A DNA stretch of 64,000 nucleotides from the NCBI GenBank assembly GCA_963778655.1, contig CAVZVA010000002.1, positions 637,591 through 701,590 of the forward strand. The letters are read 5' to 3'. Below the pieces are notes generated by a model. It was not told where the DNA came from, did no database searches, and was given only the letters and a program-made list of their open reading frames with translations. Both the position numbers and the translations under genes were made by a program. Origin of the DNA: an uncultured delta proteobacterium (GTDB lineage Bacteria > Myxococcota_A > Polyangia > Polyangiales > JAFGIB01). Positions within the stretch are counted from its first letter, which is position 1. Every line of letters begins with the position of its first letter. Of the stretch, positions 40,723 to 51,500 are shown piece after piece.

Positions 40723-42556
40723 GCAGGAGCAGCCGCGCGACGCTGCTCGCGCTCGGCCTGGGAGCCGGGTTGCGCATTCCCGCGCTGCTTTCGCCCTTTC
40801 ACAGCGACGACTACCAGCAGCTGGCCATGCTGCACGGCCGCTTCACGCTGAAGCGCGCACCCTGGGACCTGTTCTGGTTCGGTCCCCGCTCGAGCACCGA
40901 GCTCCATCGTCTGGTCGACTTCGGCTTCGACCCGTGGTGGACCTCGCCTCACCATCGCCTCTCGATGTTCCGGCCGCTGTCGAGCCTGCTGATCTGGCTG
41001 GATGACCGCCTGTTCGGCCTCGACCCGCTGGCGTGGCACCTGCACTCCCTGCTCTGGTGGGTGGCCCTGATCGCGGCCGTCGCGGCCTTGCTCGCCAGCC
41101 TTCTACCCAAGCGCGTGGCCGCGCTCGCGCTGCTGCTGTTCGCGCTCGACGAGGCGCACAACGCGCCGCTGACCTGGTTGGCCAACCGCAGCACGCTGGT
41201 GGCGGCGACCTTCGGCGCGCTCGGCCTGTGGGCTCACCTGCGGGCGCGGCGAGCCGGCGGCGGTTGGGGGGGTGGCTGGCGTGCTCCGCCGCGTGCTTCG
41301 CGCTCTGCCTAGCGGCCGGCGAGTACGGATTCGGCATGCTCGCGTATCTGCTCGCCTTCGAGCTGCTCGGCGATCGTGCGCCGCTGCGCCAACGCCTGGG
41401 CGCCCTGCTACCGTCGGGCGCCGTCGCCGGCGCTTACCTGGTCGCCCGCTACGCGCTCGGCTATGGCACGGCCGGCTCCGGCCTTTACGTCGGGCCCGGC
41501 GAGCCACTGCGCTACCTCGGCTTCGTCGCCACGCGCGTGCCGGTGCTCGCTTCCGACCTACTATTCGGCCTGCCGGCCGCCTTCTGGGAGGCGGGCCCGC
41601 CCTGGCGCAGCTTCGTGATCACGCACCAGCTGTTCACGCCCGAACAGTTCATGCGCTTGCCGAGCTGGCACGCCGCGCACCTGGTGCTCGGCGTGATCAG
41701 CCTGCTGGCCGGGTTGCAGGCGTTGCGCTGGCTCGCAAGCCAGCCGGACGCGGCGCCCGAGGCCGCCGCCGCGCGCTGGTTGGCCTGCGGCAGCCTGCTG
41801 TCGCTGCTGGCGAGCGCGGGCACCGCCCCCTCCGAGCGCCTGCTGGTAGCGCCGGCGCTGGGCGCGAGCGTGCTGCTCGCGCTGCTGCTCGCGCACGGCT
41901 GGAAGGCGCTGGCCGACGCTGCGGCGCCCTGGAGCACGCGCTTGCGGCGGCCGCGCGCCCTGCTCGCGCTGGCGATCATCGCCGTGCACCTGGCGCTGGC
42001 CGGGCAGCACGCCTACGCCCAGACCGCAGAGCTCCGCGAGCGGGCGGAAGCCTCGCGCCGCTGGGCGCTCGACGCTGACATCCCGAAGCACCCCGAAGCG
42101 TTCGATATCGTGATCGTGTCAGCCTCGGACTTCGCAACCGCCGCGAACCTGCCGTGGGTGCGTCTGATCCACGGCCTGGGCCTGCCGCGCTCGTATCGCC
42201 GGCTGAGCGGTGCGCTGCAGGCGCACTTCTTGATCGGCATCGACGATCACAGCCTCGAGCTGCAGGTGGCGGCCAGCGACCTCCGCGACGCGTTCGCCGG
42301 CTCGATCTATCGCCCCGAGCGCGAGGTGTTCTTCCCCGGACAGCGGCTGCGCGTGCCGGGCATGCAGATCGAGATCCTGGGCGTCGAGGCCAGCGGCAAC
42401 CCGTGGCGCATGCGCATCCGCTTCGACCGCGCGCTCGACGATCCGCACTTGATCTTCCTGCACGCGCGCCCCGACGGTATGCGCCGTTTCCAGCCGCCGC
42501 GGCCGGGCCAACGCCTGCTGCTGCCGCGCGCGGCGCTGCCCTGGGGCACGTCGTAG
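40719..42556 (+). CDS. Polytopic membrane protein, probable GT-C glycosyltransferase (frameshift at a G7 run, 41266-41272)
   Basis: F.SDDY after the first TM, FRPLSS, WHLHSL, WLANR. Continues in the 41033 frame with GE, further TMs and SERLL. Confidence 0.65.
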
Positions 42557-42593
42557 CGCCGCGCCACGAGGACGGGTCGGCCAGGGGGAATTC

Positions 42594-42605
42594 ACAGGAA
42601 GACGG
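42594..42605. repeat. Dispersed repeat, truncated copy E
   Basis: GAATTC-ACAGGAAGACGG matches the terminus of the other copies. Confidence 0.4.
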
Positions 42606-42712
42606 AGCGAAGCAACAACGCGCCACGGGACGCGGCGGACGCAGACCCTCCGGGCTGGACGCGCGCAGGCGCGTGCGTACTCTGTTTGCGGTTACCAGCC
42701 AGCGAGAAGGCC

Positions 42713-43159
42713 ATGAGCGTCACCTGGATCGTCGTCGGACACCGCGCGGGCGCGCGCATTCTGGAGCACAAGGGACCAGGCAAGGGCCTGCGGCTGGTCT
42801 CGGACCTGGAGCACGAGCAAGGCCGGCTCAAGGACGGTGAGATCAACACCGACCGTCCGGGCACCTCGTTCTCGTCCGGATCCGGACCGCGGCGGCATCC
42901 GATGCCGACCGAAGAAACGGCGCACGACCACCTGGCGGCGAGCTTCGCGGGCCAGCTGGGCGAGATTTTGAGCACGGGGCGGACCGAACACCGCTTCGAT
43001 CAACTCGTGCTGGTGGCCGAGCCTGGCTTCCTGGGGATGCTGCACGGCAAGTTGGATGGGCCCACCGCCGCGCTGGTCAAGGACACCCTCGGCAAGGATC
43101 TCGCGCGCGTGCCGATTCACGAGCTGGGGCCGCATCTCGAAGGCGTGCTCGCGGTGTGA
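42713..43159 (+). CDS. Host attachment family protein (release-factor-related fold)
   Basis: TWIVVGHRAGARIL, DRPG, LVLVAEPGFLGML, KDL. Confidence 0.88.
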   Translation: MSVTWIVVGHRAGARILEHKGPGKGLRLVSDLEHEQGRLKDGEINTDRPGTSFSSGSGPRRHPMPTEETAHDHLAASFAGQLGEILSTGRTEHRFDQLVLVAEPGFLGMLHGKLDGPTAALVKDTLGKDLARVPIHELGPHLEGVLAV

Positions 43160-43229
43160 CGGCAAGCGTTGGGGACGGCGGGTAGCACGCGCTGGCGGCG
43201 CGGGCGGCCGTGCCTACTTTCCGTTCACC

Positions 43230-45561
43230 ATGCAACCATCCCAACCCGCAGCCGCGCCTCGGGCCCAGGCGGTCCCGCCCCAGGACGCATCTCCCTTGGT
43301 CCGCCGTTTCGAGCAGATCCGCAAGAGCGACGTCGAGCTGGCCGGCGGCAAGGGCGCCAACCTGGGCGAGCTGGTGGCCGCGGGCCTGCCCGTGCCGCCC
43401 GGCTTCGTGGTGACCGCGCAGGCCTACCTCGCGGCGATGGAGCAAGCCGGTGCGCGCGCCAAGCTGCGCGAGCTGGTGGCGGGGCTCGACGCCGGCGACG
43501 GAGCCGCGCTCGCGCGCGCCTCCGACGCGCTGCGCGCCCTGGTCAAGCAGGCCGGCATGCCGCAGGCGCTGCGTGAGGCGGTGCTCGCGGCCTATCGCGG
43601 CCTGGGCGCGGGCTTGCGCGTCGCGGTCCGCTCCTCGGCCACGATGGAGGACACGGCCGGTGCCTCGTTCGCTGGCATGAACGAGACCTTCACCAACGTA
43701 CAAGGCGAGGCGGCGCTGCTCGACGCGATCGTGCGCTGCTGGATGAGCGTATGGGGCAAGCGCGTGATCGCCTACCGCAGCAGCCAGGGCTTCGACCAGG
43801 AGCCGGCGATCGCGGTGGTGGTGCAGCAGATGGTCGACTCCGAGCGCTCGGGCGTGATGTTCACGGCCGATCCCGCCAGCGGCGATCGCGCGCACCTCGT
43901 GATCGAGGGCGCCTTCGGCCTGGGCGAGGTGGTGGTGGGCGGCCAGGTCGAGCCCGACACCTACGTGCTGGCCAAGGACGGCCCGCGCGTGCTCGAAACG
44001 CGCATCGGAGAGAAGAGCCACAAGCTGGAGCGAGATCCGCAGGGCGGCACGCGGCGCGTGGAGCTGCAGGGCGAGCAGCGCGTGCGGCGCGTGCTCGACG
44101 ACACCGAGCTGCTCGAGCTCGCGCGCATGGGCCTGCGGATCGAGAAGCACTACGGGACGCCGCAGGACATCGAGTGGGGATTCGCGGGCGGCAAGCTGTA
44201 CTGCCTGCAGTCGCGCCCGATCACCACGCTGCACGAGGACAAAGCCGGCGCGGTGCTGCTCTCCGGGTTGGGCGCGTCGCCCGGGCGCGCGAGTGGGCGC
44301 GTGCGCATCCTCAAGAGCCCCGCCGAAGGCGCGAAGCTGCAGGCGGGCGAGGTGCTGGTCGCGTCCATGACCTCGCCGGACTGGGTGCCCGTGCTGCGGC
44401 GCGCCGCGGCGCTGGTGACCGACGGCGGCGGCATGACCTGCCACGCGGCGATCGTCGAGCCGCGAGCTGCGCATCCCCTGCGTGGTCGGCACGCGCAACG
44501 CGACCAAGCTGCTGCGCGACGGCGAGCTCGTCACCATCGACGGCCAGAGGGGCGAGGTGATCGAGGGCGAGGACGTCGTGGCGCAGGCGCCGGCCGCGGT
44601 GACCGAGCGGGCGGCGGCCGCGCCAGGCCCGGTCGAGAGCGTGCAGTCGCTGGGCACGCGCATCTACGTGAACCTTGCGATCGCGGAGCGCGCAGACGAG
44701 GTCGCCGCGCTGCCGGTGGACGGCGTGGGGCTGCTGCGCGCCGAATTCATGATCACGGATGCGCTCTCGGGCGTGCATCCCAAAGAGCTGATCCGCGAGG
44801 GCGAGCAGGCGGAGTTCGTGAAACGCATGAGCGCCTCGCTGTCTGCGCATCGCGCGCGCTTTCGCGCCGCGCCCGGTCATCTACCGCACCTACGATTTTC
44901 GCACCAACGAGTTCCGCAAGCTGCGCGGCGGCGATCAGTACGAGCCGCAAGAAGAGAACCCGATGATCGGCTATCGCGGCTGCTTTCGCTACGTCAAGGA
45001 CCCGGAGCTGTTCGCGCTCGAGCTCGATGTGCTCGCGGCGGTGCGCGCGCAGAGCCCCAACGTGCACGTGATGATCCCATTCGTGCGCACGCTGTGGGAG
45101 CTCACCGCGTGCCTGGAGCTGCTCGACAAGCACGCCCTCGGGCGCGACCGCGGCCTGCTGCGCTGGGTGATGGCGGAGGTGCCGTCGGTCGCCTACCGCA
45201 TCCCCGACTACGCCAAGCTGGGCATCCATGGCGTCTCCATCGGCAGCAACGACCTGACGCAGCTGGTGCTGGGCGTGGACCGCGACTCCGAGATTTGCGC
45301 CGAGCTGTTCGACGAAGCGGACGCGGCCGTGCTCGACGCGATCGAGCGGAATCGTCGAAGCGGCGCGCGCGAACGGGCTGACCTCGTCGCTGTGCGGACA
45401 GGCGCCGCAGTAACCGGCCGGCCTTCGCCGAGCACCTGGTGCGCTACGGCATCAGCTCGATCTCGGTGAACCCGGATACGGCGCCGGTGGTGCGCCGGGT
45501 GGTGGCCGAGGCCGAGCGCAGGCTGCTCCTGGAAGCAGCGCGAAGCCGGCTCGCGGTCTGA
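43230..45561 (+). CDS. ppsA: Phosphoenolpyruvate synthase (four +1 frameshifts, probably sequencing errors)
   Basis: GGKGANLGEL, VAVRSSATMED..SFAG, SGVMFT, GGMTCHAAI (phospho-His), GVGLLRAEF, EENPMIGYRG, MAEVPS, SIGSNDLTQ, SLCGQAP. Frame breaks near 44456, 44843, 45350 and 45409. Confidence 0.92.
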
Positions 45562-45580
45562 CTGTGATCCGGCACGCATG

Positions 45581-45610
45581 TGTGCCAGCCGTGGCACAAT
45601 CTGGCACAAT
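45581..45610 (+). promoter_or_regulatory. Repeated TGGCACA half-sites, candidate activator binding sites
   Basis: TGTGCCA (45581) is inverted to TGGCACA (45592), and TGGCACAAT is directly repeated at 45592 and 45602. Confidence 0.55.
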
Positions 45611-45639
45611 GAGCTGCCGCGAAATCACAGTGTTTTTCG

Positions 45640-45655
45640 TGGCACGCAAGTTGCG
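45640..45655 (+). promoter_or_regulatory. sigma54 (-24/-12) promoter
   Basis: TGGCACG-CAAG-TTGCG with exact GG-N10-GC spacing, 57 nt before the ATG at 45712. Confidence 0.82.
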
Positions 45656-45711
45656 TTAGGGAATGGAGCCGAGAGACAGCCAGAGCTCCGGCACAGTCGA
45701 AAGGGACGCGC

Positions 45712-48348
45712 ATGGGGTTCAACGGTACAAGCTGGGTCGCTGTGGGCGCGCTGGTTGCGCTGGCCGCCTGCGGCAGTGGCGGCAAGGGCGCGGCGGGCAA
45801 TGGCGGCGGAGGCGCGCCGGAGGAAGTCGTCACCGGGCAGATCTCGGCCGCGCTTACGCGGGCGTCCAGCTGCGACGACCTGCTGGCCAAGATCCAGAGC
45901 GACGTCGCCGCCAAGATCACGCTGCAGGCCGAGCTGATGCGGCAAGAGCCGCAGAGCAACAGCGGCGTCACGGGCGTGCTCACCCCGGGCGGCGGCGTGG
46001 CGTTCGACAACGTCGCCCGCGGGCCGGCGTCTTCGGCAGCGGCACCGCCGCCACCAGCCGCGGGGGCACCGGGCGTTGCCACGCCGGGGACCACACCGTC
46101 GGCTGGCGCGTCTGGAAGCGCGGATAGCGCAGCCTCGGGCAGCGGCAACGCGGCTCAGCAGCCGGTCACCAACCCCGGCGCCAACCTCCCCACGCTCGGA
46201 CCCAGCGGCCACTCCGACACCAACGTGCAGGTGAAGGGCGTGGACGAGGCGGACATCGTCAAGACCGACGGCTCGCACATCTGGCTGCTGCACGGCAACG
46301 AGCTGTTCGTGTTGGCCTCGTGGCCGGCGGACCAGACCGCGATCACGGGCATGATCCCGATCGAGGGCTACGCGCAGGAGATGTTCGTGAAGGATGGTAC
46401 CGCGGTGGTGTTCTCGAACGTCTACGACCAGGGCGACCTGGCCGACGAGCCCAAGCCGGACGCCAGCGCCGACGCAGGCGCGGCCAAGTCGAGCGGCTTC
46501 AACCCGGCGCTCTACCCCTACTACGGCTCGCCCTTCACCAAGATCACGCTGGTCGACGTCGGCGCGGACAAGCCCAAGGTCACCCGCGAGCTGTTCGTCG
46601 AGGGCAACTACCTCTCTTCGCGCCGCTACGACAGCACGGTGCGCGCGGTGATCCAGGGCGGCTTCCGCACGCCGCAGATCTACGCCGCCAGCATCGACTA
46701 CAGCGACCCCTGGGGACACAAGTACCCGCAGGACCAGGTCGACGAGCAGGTCAATGCCTGGCGCGACCGCATGATTGCGGCCGTCATGGGCACCACGCTG
46801 ACCGACTGGCTGCCGGTCGAGCGCGAGCTCAAAGACGGCACGCTCTCGGCGCCGAACCGCCGCTGCACGGACTTCTACGCGCCCTCGCCCGGCCTCAGCG
46901 ACTACGGCCTGACCAACATCGTCTCCTTCGACATGCAGGACCCCAAGAGCGCGCTGGGCGGCGCGATCGTGCTCGGCAATGCCGACGAGGTCTACTCCAA
47001 CGACTCGGTGATGCTGCTGGCCTCGCGCGACTACCGCTGGGACGCCGGCCTGATCCAGCGCGAGCGCACGGTGTTGCACCGCTTCGAGCTGAAGGGGCCC
47101 GACACCAGCTACAGCGCCTCGGGCTTCGTCCCGGGCCACATCCTCGACCAGTTCTCGCTCGACGAGAAGGACGGCGTGATCCGCGTCGCCACCACGGCGC
47201 GGCTGTGGCAGAACTTCGTGCCGCCGCTGCCCGCGCTGGCCGAGAACGCCGCCAAGCAGGACGACCTCAAGGACGCCAACGGCATCGCGACCCTGCAGCG
47301 CCAGACCGACAACCGCGTGGTCACGCTGCGCACCGATGGGCACGACCTGGTGCGGGCGGGCATCACCGAGCCGCTCGGCGCCGACGGCGAGACGCTCAAG
47401 TCCTCGCGCTTCGTGGGCGACCGCGGCTATGTGGTGACCTTCCACCAGACCGATCCGCTGATGGTGATCGACCTTTCGAACCCGGAGAAGCTGACCAAGC
47501 TGGGCGAGCTCGATATCCCCGGCTTCAGCGACTACATGCACCCGATCGACGACAACAACCTGCTCACCATCGGCCGCGACACCGACGCCTCGGGCGTGGA
47601 CCGCGGCTTGATGCTGCAGCTGTTCGACGTCTCGGACCCGACCGCGCCGCGGCGGACCCACAGCTTCAAGTTCGGCCCCAGCGGCTACTCGGAGGCCAAT
47701 CAGAACCACAAGGCCTTCACCTTCTACAAGCCCGAGGGCGCAGTGGGCTACGACGGCCTGCTCGCATTCCCCTACGTCGACTACGGCTATCCGTTCCAGA
47801 GCTCGCTCGAGGTGTTCCAGGTGTCGGTCAGCGACGGCTTCAAGCAGCTCGGGGAGATCGACCACACCCAGCTGCTCGCGAACCTGTGCGGGCTGGTCAA
47901 CGCCGGCACCGGGCCCAACGGCACGCCCGCGTACTACTTCAACCAGTGCGTGCAGCCCGAGGTGCAGCGCGGGCTGTTCGTCACCGGCGCGGACGGCAGC
48001 GACTTCGTGTACTCGGTCAGCAACGGCGGCGTGGTGGTCGATGCGCTCGAAGACCTGATGACGCCCGTGGCTACCGTTCCGATGGGCATCCCCGACTATA
48101 GCGATCACCGCGTCTGCTACGCGGCAGCCGACGTGTGCGCGGGCTACGGAGGCGGGCTCGTCGGGCCGACTCCGAGCGGCGTGGGCGGCGTGGGCATCGC
48201 GACCCCCGGCACAGCCACCACGCCCATGGTCGCGCCGCCGGTGCAGACCGAGCCTGCGCAGCCGCCCGTGGAGGACGCGGGGGTAGCGACGCCCACCGAT
48301 GGCGGCATGGCGATGATGGGCACGGCCGGCGCGGGGGCGGGGCTGTAG
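45712..48348 (+). CDS. Beta-propeller domain lipoprotein (COG4880/Beta_propel-like)
   Basis: Lipobox LAAC, TNVQVKGVDEADIVKTDG, GHILDQFSLDE..IRVATT, RFVGDRGYVVTF..TDPL, GELDIPGFSDYMHP, LQLFDVSDP, HKAF. Confidence 0.9.
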   Translation: MGFNGTSWVAVGALVALAACGSGGKGAAGNGGGGAPEEVVTGQISAALTRASSCDDLLAKIQSDVAAKITLQAELMRQEPQSNSGVTGVLTPGGGVAFDNVARGPASSAAAPPPPAAGAPGVATPGTTPSAGASGSADSAASGSGNAAQQPVTNPGANLPTLGPSGHSDTNVQVKGVDEADIVKTDGSHIWLLHGNELFVLASWPADQTAITGMIPIEGYAQEMFVKDGTAVVFSNVYDQGDLADEPKPDASADAGAAKSSGFNPALYPYYGSPFTKITLVDVGADKPKVTRELFVEGNYLSSRRYDSTVRAVIQGGFRTPQIYAASIDYSDPWGHKYPQDQVDEQVNAWRDRMIAAVMGTTLTDWLPVERELKDGTLSAPNRRCTDFYAPSPGLSDYGLTNIVSFDMQDPKSALGGAIVLGNADEVYSNDSVMLLASRDYRWDAGLIQRERTVLHRFELKGPDTSYSASGFVPGHILDQFSLDEKDGVIRVATTARLWQNFVPPLPALAENAAKQDDLKDANGIATLQRQTDNRVVTLRTDGHDLVRAGITEPLGADGETLKSSRFVGDRGYVVTFHQTDPLMVIDLSNPEKLTKLGELDIPGFSDYMHPIDDNNLLTIGRDTDASGVDRGLMLQLFDVSDPTAPRRTHSFKFGPSGYSEANQNHKAFTFYKPEGAVGYDGLLAFPYVDYGYPFQSSLEVFQVSVSDGFKQLGEIDHTQLLANLCGLVNAGTGPNGTPAYYFNQCVQPEVQRGLFVTGADGSDFVYSVSNGGVVVDALEDLMTPVATVPMGIPDYSDHRVCYAAADVCAGYGGGLVGPTPSGVGGVGIATPGTATTPMVAPPVQTEPAQPPVEDAGVATPTDGGMAMMGTAGAGAGL

Positions 48349-48397
48349 CGCGGGGAACGCGATCACGTGGGGAACCGCCCGGTCTGTGACCGGGCGG

Positions 48398-48438
48398 CCG
48401 AGGCCGGGCCGGTGGGTGGCCCCGGCCTCGGTTTTTTT
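48398..48438 (+). terminator. Rho-independent terminator
   Basis: CCGAGGCCGGGCC / GGCCCCGGCCTCGG stem followed by T7, 50 nt after the lipoprotein stop. Confidence 0.85.
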
Positions 48439-48514
48439 GCCCGAATCGGGCGCTTCCGGCCGCGGCCCACGAAACGGTTTGCGGCGGCGCCGCGCGCCGG
48501 TTACACCGCCGGCC

Positions 48515-51500
48515 GTGAGCGTCGTGCCCCTGATGCAGCAGCTCGCCGGGGCGAGCGCCGACACCCGGGCGCTGGTGCGCGCGCTCGGCTCCGAGGTCAG
48601 GCTCGACCTCGCGACCTTACCGCGCGGCAGCCTGGCGCTGCTGCTCGCGCGCGCAGCCAGAGAGCACGGCCGCCGCATGCTGGTGGTGGTGCCCGACGCG
48701 CAGAGCGCGGCCAAGCTCGAGGCCGACCTGCGCTTCTTCATCGGCGGCAGCGCGGACCCGGACGGGCTCGGGCCAGTGCTGCACTATCCGGCCGCGGACA
48801 CCACGCCCTTCGTCGACGTCGCGCCCGACCAGCGCGCGGCGATGGACCGGCTCGCGGTGCTGTTCCACCTGAGCGCCGGGCTGCCCTGGCAGATGCTGGT
48901 CGTGCCGACGGGCGCGCTGCTGCGCCGCGTGCCTCCGCGCGACGCGTTGCAGCGGCATTGCAGCCGGCTCGCAGTGGCGGACATCGTCGATCGCGACGCG
49001 CTGATCGCGCTGCTGATCGAGGGCGGCTACTTGCGCGTGCCGCTGTGCGAGGACCCCGGCACGTTCGCGGTGCGCGGCGGCTTGATCGACGTGTTCCCGC
49101 CCAACGCCGAGCAGCCGAGCCGGCTCGAGCTGGACGACGAGCTGCTGGCCTCGATCAAGCGCTTCGACCCCGAGGACCAGCGCACGCTGGAAAGCGCGCA
49201 GACGCTCTCGATTCACCCGGTGCGGGACATCTTGCTGGGGCGGCAGGAGCTGCAGCGCGCGCGCGAACGGGTCAGCGACCTGTGCGACGCGCTCAACCTG
49301 CCCACCCTGCGCCGCCAGCAGCTGGTCGAGGACATCGCCAGCGGCCGGCGCTTTCTCGGCGTCGAGGGCTTCCTGCCCGCGTTCTATCCGCGGCTGCAGA
49401 CGCTGTTCGACTACCTGCCCGAGGGCCTGCGCCACGTGGTGGTCGATCCGATCGGCGTGGCCGGCGTGCTGCGCGAGGAGCTCGAGCACGGGAGCCGCGA
49501 CCGCGCCGCCAAGGTCGCAGCCAAGGCCCCCGTGTTCGCGCTCGACGAGCTCTACCTGTCGCAGCCCGAGCTCACCGAGCACCTGCACGCGCGCCCGCTG
49601 TGCGTCGCGCACCGCATGGCGTTGCTCGGCGCACCCGAGCAGGAAGAGATCGACCTCGAGCTCGCCGGGCTCGCGCCGCCGGAGGCGGACGCGCTGCTGC
49701 GCGTGGCGGCCGAGGACCAGGCGCCGCTCTCGGCCGCACTGCGCGCGCAGCACATGCAGGCGGGCAACGCCGATCCGCTGCAGCCGCTTTGCGCCCGGGT
49801 ACAGCACTGGCTCGACGAGGGCCTGCGCGCGCTGCTGGTCATGCGCACGCAGGTCCAGGCCGAGCGCCTAGCGTCTCTGCTGCGCGGCTACCACATCGCG
49901 GTGGAGAAGCCGCAGCCCTTCGCGCCCGAGCGCCTGCGCGAGCGGCCCGGCGGCAAGGCCGAGGTCGTGGTGGGCCCGCTCGAGGACGGCTTCGTGCTGC
50001 CGGCCGAGGCGCTTGCGTGCGTGACCGAGCAGGAGATCTTCGGCTCGCGCCAGGGTCGCCACCTGCAGCCACGCCGGCGGAGCCGGGACAAGAACCGCGC
50101 CTTCGTGCAGGACCTGCGCGAGCTGGCGCTCGGCGACTACGTGGTGCACATCGAGCACGGCGTGGGCGTATACCGCGGGCTCTCGCTGTCGGAGCTGCCG
50201 GTCACGCGCATGGAGGCGCTGCAGGGGCGCAAGCCCAAGCGGGTCGAGGTGCTGGTGGTCGAGTACAGCGGCGGCGACAAGCTGTACCTGCCGATCACGC
50301 GCCTGAACCAGATCGAGAAGCTCGCGAGCAAGGAGGGCGCGGCGCCCAAGCTCGACCGGCTGGGTGGGCAGACCTTCGCGCGCACCAAGTCGCGCGTCCG
50401 CGCCTCGGTCAAGCAGCTGGCCGATGAGCTGCTGCAGCTCTATGCCGCGCGCGCGTCGCGCGAGCGCGCGGCCTATCCACACAAAGATCGGCTCTACGCG
50501 GAGTTCGAGGCCGGCTTCCCCTACGAGGAGACGCCCGACCAGCTGCGCGCAATCGACGAGGTGATGAGCGACCTCGACGGCGCGCGGCCGATGGACCGTC
50601 TGGTCTGCGGCGACGTCGGCTTCGGCAAGACCGAGGTGGCCCTGCGCGCGGCCTTCCGCGTGGCCATGAGCGGGCGCCAGGTCGCGGTGCTGTGTCCGAC
50701 CACGGTGCTCGCCCAGCAGCACCTGCTGACTTTCCGCCAGCGCCTCTCCGACTATCCGCTGCGGGTCGAGATGCTCTCGCGCTTCGTGCCGAAGGCCGAG
50801 CAGCTCGAGGTGGTCGCGCGGCTCAAGGCCGGCACCTGCGACATCGTGATCGGCACCCACCGGTTGTTGTCCAAAGACGTGCACTTCGGGCGGCTGGGCT
50901 TGCTGGTGGTCGACGAGGAGCAGCGCTTCGGCGTGGCCCACAAGGAGCGCATCAAGAAGCTGCGCACCGAGGTCGACGTGCTGACGCTCAGCGCCACGCC
51001 GATTCCGCGCACACTGCACATGGCGATCGGCGGGCTGCGCGAGCTGTCGCTGATCACCACGCCCCCACCCGACCGGCGCGCGATCCGCACCTTCGTCACG
51101 CGCTGGGATGACCACGTGGTGCGCGAGGCGATCCAGCGCGAGCTGGGACGCGGCGGCCAGGTGTTCTTCGTGCACAACCGCATCGAGGGGCTGTACGAGC
51201 GCGCCGCGCTGCTGCAGCAGCTGGTGCCCCAGGCCAACATCGCGGTCGCGCACGGACGCCTGCGCGAGGGCACGCTCGAGCGGCTGATGACCGACTTCGT
51301 CGACGGCCGGTACGACGTGCTGGCGAGCACCGCGATCGTGGAAAACGGCCTCGACATCCCGCGCGCCAATACCATCCTGATCGACCGCGCCGACCTGTTC
51401 GGGCTCTCGCAGCTCTACCAGCTGCGCGGGCGCGTGGGCCGCTCCCGCGAGCGCGCGTATTGCTACCTGATCGCGCCGCCGCCGTCGGTGATCACCGACG

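Noticed and set aside
43230..45561. Programmed frameshifting or true pseudogene status of ppsA
   Set aside because: No slippery sequences at the breaks and motifs are intact. The pattern matches insertion errors seen in other genes.
48386..48514. N-terminal extension of Mfd given in the ORF track
   Set aside because: Overlaps a clear intrinsic terminator and does not resemble Mfd sequence.
45625..48741. 1038-aa minus-strand ORF
   Set aside because: Shadow of the beta-propeller gene, which has a promoter, lipobox and terminator on the plus strand.
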